Source: an uncultured Eubacteriales bacterium
GTDB taxonomy: Bacteria; Bacillota_I; Bacilli_A; RFN20; UBA1709
Direction: 5' to 3'
Length of the DNA: 24,000 nt
Assembly (NCBI GenBank): GCA_964367975.1
Contig: CAYIYS010000006.1
Location: 1-24,000 of the forward strand
The notes below the pieces were generated by a model, which was not told the origin of the DNA, did no database searches, and saw only the letters and a program-made list of their open reading frames with translations. A program made the position numbers and the translations under genes. Below, piece by piece: positions 14,889 through 21,840 of this stretch. Every line of letters starts with the position of its first letter. The stretch's first letter is position 1.

Positions 14889-14904
14889 TTAATCATCCTT
14901 CCAG

Positions 14905-14927
14905 CCCACTTCGGTGGGTTTTTTTAA
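14905..14927 (+). terminator. Rho-independent terminator after dfx
   Basis: CCCAC-TTCG-GTGGG followed by T9. Confidence 0.8.
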
Positions 14928-14989
14928 TGCTTGCCGTGAGCAGTTTTGTTTTTGGCTATTATTCTTTATGACCCATAGAGGGCTTAATG

Positions 14990-15018
14990 TTTACTTTTAG
15001 ATTTCATTGTTGTAAAAT
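14990..15018 (+). promoter_or_regulatory. Candidate promoter for the ABC exporter / NUDIX operon
   Basis: TTTACT (14990-14995), a 17-nt spacer, then TAAAAT (15013-15018). Confidence 0.35.
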
Positions 15019-15044
15019 GAACGAATATGAAAGAAGGCGGTTTA

Positions 15045-16766
15045 ATGTTTAAAAAGTTTATGTCATATTATAAACAACATATCGGCCTTTTTATTTTTGA
15101 CTTAATTTGTGCCCTTTTAGTGGCCGCCATGGATTTGGTTTTTCCACTCGCAACTAAATACATCTTAAATGAAGTAATACCCGATAAAAATATGCAATTA
15201 CTAATTATTTTTGGAGTGGCATTACTAGCAATGTTTGCTCTGCGTTTCCTACTTTCTTATTTTATGGGTTACTATGGTCACGTTTTAGGTATTAAGATAG
15301 AAACCTCAATTAGAGGGGATTTATTTAAAAAATTTGAAACTCTTGATTATCAGTTTTATGATAATAAAAAAACGGGTGAGTTGTTAGCTAACCTTACTTC
15401 GCATATGGCAGATTTAAGTGAAATGGCCCACCATGCGCCAGAAGACATTCTGACTTCTGTGTCCATGATTGTTGGCAGTTTTGTAATCTTAGTCACGATT
15501 AGTTGGCCCTTAACTTTAATTATTTTTGCAGCCATTGCTTTATTAACTATCTTTGCTTTGTCTAGAAAAAAGAAGAGATTAACTGCTTTTCGCGGAGTAA
15601 GAACGCAACAAGGTGAACTGATAGCCAAGATGGAAAATTCCTTAAGTGGAATTCACTTAACCCAAGCTTATAGTAATGAAGATTTTGAATTGGAAAAATT
15701 TGCTGAAGTGAATAATCAATACAAAAATGCTAGATCTAAAGTCTTTAAAGAATTAGGAATATATGGTAGTGGCATTACTTTCTTTACTAACTTAGCTAAC
15801 TTATTCTTGCTGGTCTTTGGTGGCATTTTCGTTTTTAATGGCACTATTGACTATGTAGATTTGATTACCTTTTTCTTATATATCAATTTTTTGATTACAC
15901 CGATTCGCATGTTGGCCAATTCAATGGAACAGATTCAAAGCGGTTGGACCGGTTTTGAAAAGTTTTATGAAGTGATGCAAACAGATTCTAAAATCAAAGA
16001 TAATGACCATCCAATAATTGATCATGATTTTGTCGGTAATATTGTCTTTGAAAACGTCAACTTTGAATATCATAACAATGAAGAAAATGTTTTGTCTAAT
16101 TTCAATCTTACTATCCCGGCTGGGCAAAGTGTGGCTTTGGTGGGTGAAACCGGGGTTGGTAAATCTACCATTTCCAAACTTATTCCACGCTTTTATGATG
16201 TCTCGCAAGGAGCAATTAAAATCGATGGGATTAATGTTAAAGATTTTGATTTATATTCACTTAGAAGCGCCATTGGTCATGTCCAACAAGATGTTTTTAT
16301 TTTCTGGGGTACGATTAAAGATAATATTCTATATGGTGATCCGCAAGCTAGTGATGAACAAGTAATAGTGGCAGCTAAAAAAGCTAATATTCATGATTTC
16401 ATTATGTCACTCGAAGAAGGGTATGAGACCTTGACGGGTGAAAGAGGAATTAGATTATCAGGTGGCCAAAAGCAAAGAATTGCCATTGCACGTTTATTTT
16501 TAAAAAATCCCAAGATTATCATTCTTGATGAAGCGACAAGCTCTTTGGATAATGTGACCGAGCGCCAAGTTCAAAAAGCTTTTGAGCAATTAGCGCAAGG
16601 TAAGACCACTTTGATTATTGCGCATAGATTAACCACAGTACGCAATTGTGACCAAATTGTGGTGCTAGGTAAAGATGGAATTATTGAAGCGGGTAGTCAT
16701 GACGAATTAATGAAAACAAAAGGTGCCTATCAAAAGATGTATGATGCATTTTTGGAGTTTGATTAA
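15045..16766 (+). CDS. ABC transporter, fused permease/ATP-binding protein (type I exporter, MsbA/multidrug-like)
   Basis: An N-terminal six-helix-type hydrophobic domain is followed by Walker A GETGVGKST, signature LSGGQKQR and Walker B IIILDEATS. The track start is 15027, but GAAGG (15033-15037) favours the in-frame ATG at 15045. Confidence 0.85.
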   Translation: MFKKFMSYYKQHIGLFIFDLICALLVAAMDLVFPLATKYILNEVIPDKNMQLLIIFGVALLAMFALRFLLSYFMGYYGHVLGIKIETSIRGDLFKKFETLDYQFYDNKKTGELLANLTSHMADLSEMAHHAPEDILTSVSMIVGSFVILVTISWPLTLIIFAAIALLTIFALSRKKKRLTAFRGVRTQQGELIAKMENSLSGIHLTQAYSNEDFELEKFAEVNNQYKNARSKVFKELGIYGSGITFFTNLANLFLLVFGGIFVFNGTIDYVDLITFFLYINFLITPIRMLANSMEQIQSGWTGFEKFYEVMQTDSKIKDNDHPIIDHDFVGNIVFENVNFEYHNNEENVLSNFNLTIPAGQSVALVGETGVGKSTISKLIPRFYDVSQGAIKIDGINVKDFDLYSLRSAIGHVQQDVFIFWGTIKDNILYGDPQASDEQVIVAAKKANIHDFIMSLEEGYETLTGERGIRLSGGQKQRIAIARLFLKNPKIIILDEATSSLDNVTERQVQKAFEQLAQGKTTLIIAHRLTTVRNCDQIVVLGKDGIIEAGSHDELMKTKGAYQKMYDAFLEFD

Positions 16767-16768
16767 AG

Positions 16769-17290
16769 ATGAAATATAAATTATTAGGTAAATTAAAAGA
16801 TGATATCTATCCCACAAGCTTGATTAATGAGGTTAGATTTTGCTCACGTGGCTTAGTCTTCAATGATAATGATGAGATTGCTATCATCCATGTGGTTGGT
16901 CAAGACGACTTTGGAACGAAAGATTATTATGAACTACCAGGCGGGGGAGTCGAAATTGATGAAGGTTCTATTCAGACCTTTAAACGCGAAATGGCCGAGG
17001 AATTAGGTGTGCAAGTTAACAAGGTAGAACCTTTAGGGGTTATTATTTATGACTTCAATATTTTGCACTTAAGAAATATTGCAACTTATTATCTGGCCCA
17101 TGTTGAAAAAGCGGCGACTAAACACTATACCAAAATTGAATTGGAACAGTTTGAAAGCATCAAATGGATCAAGGTCGATGAACTCATGCAACTCTTAAAA
17201 AATCCTCACACTCAAAATGTGGGAAAACTTATACATCGTCGCGAATCGTTAGCCTTAATGGAATATCTTCGCAATAATCATAGAAATTAG
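16769..17290 (+). CDS. NUDIX hydrolase, 173 aa
   Basis: The Nudix box is GGGVEIDEGSIQTFKREMAEELG (GX5EX7REUXEEXGU). The start is 2 nt after the ABC exporter stop. Confidence 0.8.
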   Translation: MKYKLLGKLKDDIYPTSLINEVRFCSRGLVFNDNDEIAIIHVVGQDDFGTKDYYELPGGGVEIDEGSIQTFKREMAEELGVQVNKVEPLGVIIYDFNILHLRNIATYYLAHVEKAATKHYTKIELEQFESIKWIKVDELMQLLKNPHTQNVGKLIHRRESLALMEYLRNNHRN

Positions 17291-17375
17291 GTTACAAATG
17301 GGTTATTTGACTTTACAAAAGCACTTTAATTAGTTAGAATATAATGGCGCACTTAATCGTACGCAAATATTTAAT

Positions 17376-17453
17376 GGCGGTAGTGGCGAAGCGGTTTAAC
17401 GCACCTGACTGTGACTCAGGCACGCGTGGGTTCGATCCCCATCTGCCGCCCCA
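17376..17453 (+). tRNA. tRNA-His (anticodon GTG) with encoded G-1 and CCA
   Basis: Acceptor GCGGTAG/CTGCCGC with one T:G pair, an extra 5' G (G-1) opposite discriminator C, anticodon stem CCTGA/TCAGG with loop CTGTGAC, and T arm GTGGG-TTCGATC-CCCAT. Confidence 0.85.
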
Positions 17454-17515
17454 TTTTTATTGAGTATGCTCCCAAAATTTGGACCGAAAAGGTACAATGA
17501 ATAGGAAGCATTTTT

Positions 17516-17671
17516 TTATATAGGTAAACAAAAGGAAATTAAATCAAAAAGAAATTGGTGTTCCCCAATTGATGCGACAATTCCAGTTAATAGCATAAAA
17601 ATAATAGGGAATAGTAATAGTTTAGTTTTGACAATTATCATTAATTTTGAAAGAATGTTTTGCTTCTTCAT
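17516..17671 (-). CDS. Small hydrophobic membrane peptide, 51 aa
   Basis: A consensus RBS AGGAGG lies 6 nt upstream of the internal ATG at 17671 (minus strand). The peptide MKKQNILSKLMIIVKTKLLLFPIIFMLLTGIVASIG... contains one clear transmembrane helix. The longer track ORF, starting at 17716, has no RBS. Confidence 0.45.
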   Translation of the reverse strand: MKKQNILSKLMIIVKTKLLLFPIIFMLLTGIVASIGEHQFLFDLISFCLPI

Positions 17672-17745
17672 GATAAGCCTCCTTATCAATACATTTGTAA
17701 TAATTTGTTTTCTCATCCAGCTAAATAATTAAACTCAAATTTTCT

Positions 17746-17761
17746 ATAACTTAGAAGTTAT
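17746..17761. repeat. Perfect palindrome ATAACTT-AG-AAGTTAT, with the half-sites repeated at 17783-17789 and 17798-17804
   Basis: Read directly from the sequence. The second site is AAGTTAT-N8-ATAACCT. TTTCTATAAC also occurs twice (17741-17750 and 17793-17802). Confidence 0.6.
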
Positions 17762-18037
17762 TTTAAATGCATATCTTATATTAAGTTATTAATTTCTATA
17801 ACCTATAATCATTATGATTTAATTAACGAAAAATACTTCATATTCAGCAAAAAAGATATTGTCATAACAGTTACTTTCTTAACCACAATATCGCCAATAT
17901 AACCAATTGCGTAGTAGATATCAATTACATAAAATGATAAAATAAGTATATTAAATTGTTTTAAATAAACCCAACAGGATCTAACGATTTGAACAAATAG
18001 GACAAAAACTCAATATTATGATTAAGGAGGAATAAGT

Positions 18038-18685
18038 ATGAAAGTAATTGATCTGAATACATGGAAGGGTAAGAAGCATTATGAGTGGTTCAAACAATAT
18101 GATTTTCCATGCTATTGTTTTAGTAAGAAATTGGATGTAACTTCGGTAGTGGAATTTACTAAACAACACGATTTATCTTTCTTTATAACAATCCTTTATT
18201 TATTTAATACTGCCTTAAATGGAATTGAAGAAATGAGAATTAGAGAAGTAGAGGGTCAGGTAGTCATCTATGATGTGATTCACCCAGCTTATACTGTTAT
18301 GACACATCAAGGTGTCTTTGAAAACTGTGATAATGAATATGACGCTGATTTCAACAAGTTTTATCAATTAACCAAACAAGCGATTCATAACAAGGGAAAT
18401 GGCATAAATGAAGAAAGTTATAACGATTATACAAGACTTGATCAATACTACTTTACTTGTGTTCCTTGGTGTAGTTTTGATAGCGCTACTCATCCAATGA
18501 CCAAAGATCCAACTATTTCGGTTCCCCGTATTGGTTGGTGTAAATATGAGTTAATCAATGACAAGTATATGATGGCGGTTAGCTTTAATGCTTATCATGC
18601 TATTATTGATGGCTATCCATTATGTTTGGCATTTAATAAAATGCAAGAATATCTAAATAAAGTAGCCGATATTATCAAGTTATAG
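18038..18685 (+). CDS. cat: Type A chloramphenicol O-acetyltransferase family protein (CAT-like), 215 aa
   Basis: The protein appears colinear with classical CAT, aligned by eye from memory: DLNTWKGKKHYEWF against DISQWHRKEHFEAF, HPAYTVM against HPCYTVF, VPWCSFDS against NPWVSFTS, and the catalytic region YHAIIDGYP against HHAVCDGFH. RBS AAGGAGG. Confidence 0.75.
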   Translation: MKVIDLNTWKGKKHYEWFKQYDFPCYCFSKKLDVTSVVEFTKQHDLSFFITILYLFNTALNGIEEMRIREVEGQVVIYDVIHPAYTVMTHQGVFENCDNEYDADFNKFYQLTKQAIHNKGNGINEESYNDYTRLDQYYFTCVPWCSFDSATHPMTKDPTISVPRIGWCKYELINDKYMMAVSFNAYHAIIDGYPLCLAFNKMQEYLNKVADIIKL

Positions 18686-18737
18686 AGAGCAAATTCTTTG
18701 CTGTCGATATCTTGGCTGATTAAGATTATTGTTTGCA

Positions 18738-18763
18738 AAAGATGGGACGAGCCATCTTTCTTG
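18738..18763 (+). terminator. Hairpin terminator downstream of cat
   Basis: AAAGATGG (18738-18745) pairs with CCATCTTT (18752-18759), followed by CTT. Confidence 0.45.
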
Positions 18764-18790
18764 AAAAAAGTGAATTAATTGAGAGTAAAT

Positions 18791-18815
18791 AGGTATGCAC
18801 TAGCATACCTTTTTT
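18791..18815 (+). terminator. Rho-independent terminator
   Basis: AGGTATGC (18791-18798) pairs with GCATACCT (18803-18810), followed by TTTTT. Confidence 0.7.
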
Positions 18816-18816
18816 G

Positions 18817-18825
18817 TGATATAAT
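18817..18825 (+). promoter_or_regulatory. Extended -10 promoter (TGaTATAAT) for the MBL hydrolase / M32 peptidase operon
   Basis: TGATATAAT at 18817-18825, 27 nt upstream of the ATG at 18852. Confidence 0.5.
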
Positions 18826-18851
18826 GAGTGATAATTGTTAGGAGGATAGTT

Positions 18852-19487
18852 ATGGAAATTAAACAAATCAAATTAAATCTAGTTAATGTTTATTTGTTAA
18901 TTGATGGAGAAAATTCTATTCTTATTGATGCTGGTAATAGCAATGAAAGAAATCAAATTCTTGAGGCAATTGCAGGACATAAACCCCAACTTTTGATTCT
19001 CACTCACGGGCATTTAGATCACATTGGATCAGCCTTAAGAGTTGTTGAATATTTACATATTCCAACCGCCATGGCTAGTGAAGATATAGAACTAATCACT
19101 AATCCTTCCTCTCGCCAGTTATATGGACATACAACTCTTGGTAAAATGCTGGCTAAATCTGCCAGATCTAATAGCAAAAATATCAAAAATGATGTTTTTG
19201 TACCTGATATTATTCTGCATGATGGCGATAGTTTAGAGCAATATGGTATTCAAGCTAAAATTGTGGCATTACCAGGGCATACCAAGGGCTCAATTGGCAT
19301 TGTCTTTGCTGATAATTTAATCGCTGGTGATGCTTTCTTTAATGTGCTGAAACCAACGGTTGCTAGAATCTATGAAGATCGTCAAGCCATGGAGGATAGT
19401 GTGCAAAAGATTAAAGATTTAGGTATTAAAATGATTTATCCAGGGCATGGTAAACCCTTTAAACTGCAAGACCTAAAAGAGAAATAG
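18852..19487 (+). CDS. MBL-fold metallo-hydrolase, about 211 aa
   Basis: The HxHxDH motif is LTHGHLDHIG, with a later GHTKGS and a terminal PGHG. RBS AGGAGG lies 6 nt upstream of 18852. The GTG at 18828 used by the track lies over the promoter. Confidence 0.8.
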   Translation: MEIKQIKLNLVNVYLLIDGENSILIDAGNSNERNQILEAIAGHKPQLLILTHGHLDHIGSALRVVEYLHIPTAMASEDIELITNPSSRQLYGHTTLGKMLAKSARSNSKNIKNDVFVPDIILHDGDSLEQYGIQAKIVALPGHTKGSIGIVFADNLIAGDAFFNVLKPTVARIYEDRQAMEDSVQKIKDLGIKMIYPGHGKPFKLQDLKEK

Positions 19488-19497
19488 AGGTAATAAA

Positions 19498-20991
19498 ATG
19501 AATGAATTAGTTAAAAAATATAAGACCACTCAAGAGTATTTGGAAAAATATCGCTATGCTTGTTTTATTATGGGATTTGATCAAGAAACTGACTGCCCAT
19601 TAAAAGATGTCGAACATTCCATTGAAGTGCAAAACCACTTTAAGAAATTGATGATGGATGTTGAATTATCTGACGATTACAAAAATAACATCAAGGAATT
19701 GTTTAAGATTAAAGAGCAAATCGATCAAGTTACAGCCAAGAGTGTTGAAATTGAATATCGCGAGATGGCTAAACTAGAAAGAATACCAAAAGATGAACTA
19801 TATAGGCACATTGATAATAGTTCTGAATGTGGTTATTTATGGAAACTAGCCAAAAAAGATGGAGATTGGAGCAAGTTTGCTGTGGCTCAAACGGAGCTTA
19901 TTAATTACTACAAGCAATATATTGGGTGGCAATCCTATCGAAACTTAAAAGGCTATGATGTCTTACTTGATGATATGGAAAGAGGCTTTACAGAAGCCAA
20001 ATATGAAGAATTTTTTACAGTTATTGAAAAAGAATTGGTGCCTTTTGTCAAAACAGTTTTAGCAAAACCCCAAAAGTATAATCCTAAACTTGATTCGCTG
20101 AAGTTTGATATCGATAAACAAAAGAAACTAACCAAAAGAATAGCAGAAATAATGGGCTATACCAATGAAGTTGGTTGCATTAGAGAAACGCTGCATCCTT
20201 TTACCAGCTATGCTAACTGTAATGATGTTAGAACAACTACTAGATATGAAGAATCATTGCTGTTTTCTAATTTATATTCAATCATGCATGAAATTGGTCA
20301 TGCCTTATATCAAATTCAAATGAATCCTGTCTATAACAATACGCCAATCTTTAATGATGTAACTTGTGCGACTCATGAATCGCAATCGAGATTTTATGAA
20401 AACTATTTAGGTAGATCGCAAGGCTTTGTTCATTATTTATATCCAATTTTACAAGAAATCTTCCCACTTGAGTTTGCTGATATTAGCGAACAGGATGTTT
20501 ATTATTATGCCAATAAAGCCAGTGCTCAACTCATTCGCTGTGAAGCAGATGAATTAACTTATCCTTTACATATCTTGCTAAGATATCGAGTTGAACAAAA
20601 ACTCTTTCATAATGAAATAGAACAAAAAGATATTGAAAAAACTTTCAATTATTACCTGCATGAATTCTTTGGTATTACACCACAAAATAAAGCGGAAGGT
20701 TGCTTCCAAGATGTGCACTGGTCTGGGTCTTTTGGATATTTTCCAACTTATGCTTTAGGTAGTGCTTTTGGAGCTCAATTCATCAAAGCAATGAAAAAAG
20801 ATCTCGCAGTTGAAAAACTATTAGCTAAAGGTGATTTTAAGACCATCAACAAATGGTTGAAAGAGCATATTCATGATTGTTCTTCTTTGATTCAAGGTGA
20901 GGCCTTAGTTGAAAAGGTCTGTCAAGAAAAGTTTGATCCCCACGTTTATGTGGATTACTTAAAAGAAAAGTTTACCGCCTTATATTTATAA
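19498..20991 (+). CDS. Carboxypeptidase Taq-type (M32 family) metallopeptidase, 497 aa
   Basis: The HEXXH zinc motif is MHEIGHALY. A downstream HESQS and an IRCEADELTYPLHILLRY segment are characteristic of M32. Size fits the family. Confidence 0.8.
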   Translation: MNELVKKYKTTQEYLEKYRYACFIMGFDQETDCPLKDVEHSIEVQNHFKKLMMDVELSDDYKNNIKELFKIKEQIDQVTAKSVEIEYREMAKLERIPKDELYRHIDNSSECGYLWKLAKKDGDWSKFAVAQTELINYYKQYIGWQSYRNLKGYDVLLDDMERGFTEAKYEEFFTVIEKELVPFVKTVLAKPQKYNPKLDSLKFDIDKQKKLTKRIAEIMGYTNEVGCIRETLHPFTSYANCNDVRTTTRYEESLLFSNLYSIMHEIGHALYQIQMNPVYNNTPIFNDVTCATHESQSRFYENYLGRSQGFVHYLYPILQEIFPLEFADISEQDVYYYANKASAQLIRCEADELTYPLHILLRYRVEQKLFHNEIEQKDIEKTFNYYLHEFFGITPQNKAEGCFQDVHWSGSFGYFPTYALGSAFGAQFIKAMKKDLAVEKLLAKGDFKTINKWLKEHIHDCSSLIQGEALVEKVCQEKFDPHVYVDYLKEKFTALYL

Positions 20992-20997
20992 TAAAAA

Positions 20998-21024
20998 AGA
21001 GATAAATTACTTGAATTTATCTCT
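20998..21024. terminator. Bidirectional terminator between convergent genes
   Basis: A perfect 11-bp stem, AGAGATAAATT (20998-21008) with AATTTATCTCT (21014-21024), flanked by an A run on the left and a T-rich run on the right. The right arm overlaps the last codons of the minus-strand regulator gene. Confidence 0.65.
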
Positions 21025-21385
21025 CTTTATTTAATGTTTTTATAATAGCTTCATAAGTTTCCTGTGATAAGTCATGTTCAATCTTACAGGCATCCTCTTT
21101 GGCTATTGTTTCGCTGACCCCTAACTGCATAAAATATTGCGTCAAAGAGGTGTGTCGATCTAAAATTTTTGAGGCAAGTTTATAACCTTTTTGGGTGAAT
21201 TGAATAATTCCATTTGGTAAAACGATAATGTATTTATTGGCCTTTAAGTTGGTAATAGCTCGTGAAATAGAGGCCCGTGAATAATTAAAGGAAGTTGCTA
21301 AATCAACCGACCTAACAGATTTACCTTCATTTTGTAACATTAAGATTCTTTCTAAATAGTTTTCCGCCGATTCATTGCTGTTCAT
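21017..21385 (-). CDS. DtxR/MntR-family metal-dependent transcriptional regulator, short form, 122 aa
   Basis: N-terminal SAENYLERILML...VRSVDLATSFNYSRASISRAITNL (winged HTH) followed by LDRHTSLTQYF...EDACKIEH (metal-binding/dimerisation helices). RBS GAGGTG. Confidence 0.8.
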   Translation of the reverse strand: MNSNESAENYLERILMLQNEGKSVRSVDLATSFNYSRASISRAITNLKANKYIIVLPNGIIQFTQKGYKLASKILDRHTSLTQYFMQLGVSETIAKEDACKIEHDLSQETYEAIIKTLNKER

Positions 21386-21452
21386 TATTATTCACCTCAT
21401 TTGGCTTCATTATAGGGTTTTAACATAAATAATTCAACCCCTTTTAATTTTT

Positions 21453-21468
21453 GTTAGCAATTGCTTAC
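21453..21468. promoter_or_regulatory. Operator-like palindrome 1: GTTAGCAATTGCTTAC
   Basis: Near-perfect inverted repeat immediately upstream of the -35 element. It shares the GTTAGC half-site with the two sites below. Confidence 0.55.
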
Positions 21469-21476
21469 AATATTGC

Positions 21477-21505
21477 TTGACATCGGAAAGTTTGGGGACT
21501 AGAAT
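21477..21505 (+). promoter_or_regulatory. feoAB promoter
   Basis: TTGACA (21477-21482), a 17-nt spacer, then TAGAAT (21500-21505). Confidence 0.7.
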
Positions 21506-21511
21506 AATTCC

Positions 21512-21527
21512 GTTAGCATCTGCTAAC
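21512..21527. promoter_or_regulatory. Operator-like palindrome 2: GTTAGCATCTGCTAAC
   Basis: Perfect 7-bp arms, GTTAGCA-TC-TGCTAAC, starting 7 nt downstream of the -10 element, that is, over the transcription start region. Confidence 0.6.
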
Positions 21528-21544
21528 AATTCTTTTACCGAGTG

Positions 21545-21560
21545 GTTAGCTTAAGCTGAC
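21545..21560. promoter_or_regulatory. Operator-like palindrome 3: GTTAGCTTAAGCTGAC
   Basis: Contains a perfect 10-bp palindrome, AGCTTAAGCT. It lies between the promoter and the feoA RBS (GAAGGGGGA). Confidence 0.5.
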
Positions 21561-21575
21561 TAGAAGGGGGACAAT

Positions 21576-21839
21576 ATGAGTAAAGGGAAACTATTACAAA
21601 AAGGTGAGACTGGTCATTTATCAGATTTGCGTAAGGGGCAAATTGCTAAAGTGACTGGATTGCATAATGACAATTTAGCCTTACGCCGAAGATTATTGGA
21701 TATGGGTATAACAACAGGAGTAAAAGTTGGCGTCAAGAAGATTGCTCCTTTAGGTGATCCGGTAGACATTGAACTGCGTGGCTATGAATTATGTATTAGA
21801 TTGGCTGATATGAAAAATATAGATATCGAGGTAATATAA
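21576..21839 (+). CDS. feoA: Ferrous iron transport protein A (FeoA, SH3-like), 87 aa
   Basis: LSDLRKGQIAKVTGL...RRRLLDMGITTGVKV...GDPVDIELRGYELCIR is the FeoA domain pattern. The gene lies directly upstream of feoB. Confidence 0.85.
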   Translation: MSKGKLLQKGETGHLSDLRKGQIAKVTGLHNDNLALRRRLLDMGITTGVKVGVKKIAPLGDPVDIELRGYELCIRLADMKNIDIEVI

Positions 21840-21840
21840 T

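Noticed and set aside
11119-14892. Overlapping ORFs within nrdD, trxB and dfx (11119-11349, 11153-11353, 11926-12111, 13043-13228, 13065-13379, 13946-14287, 14695-14892)
   Set aside because: All lie inside or antisense to CDSs with strong family motifs. None has an RBS or any recognisable domain.
15356-16365. ORFs 15356-15628 (-), 15921-16208 (-) and 16018-16365 (+) inside the ABC exporter gene
   Set aside because: They are alternative-frame or antisense artefacts of a CDS with clear Walker A, signature and Walker B motifs.
18018-18035. Mini-ORF ATG ATT AAG GAG GAA TAA overlapping the cat RBS, considered as a cat86/pC194-style attenuation leader
   Set aside because: It has no RBS of its own. 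I could not find a stem-loop that would sequester the cat RBS, and its coding potential is just the RBS sequence itself.
17981-20135. Minus-strand ORFs 17981-18169 (overlapping the cat start) and 19953-20135 (inside the M32 peptidase gene)
   Set aside because: They are antisense to well-supported CDSs and have no RBS.
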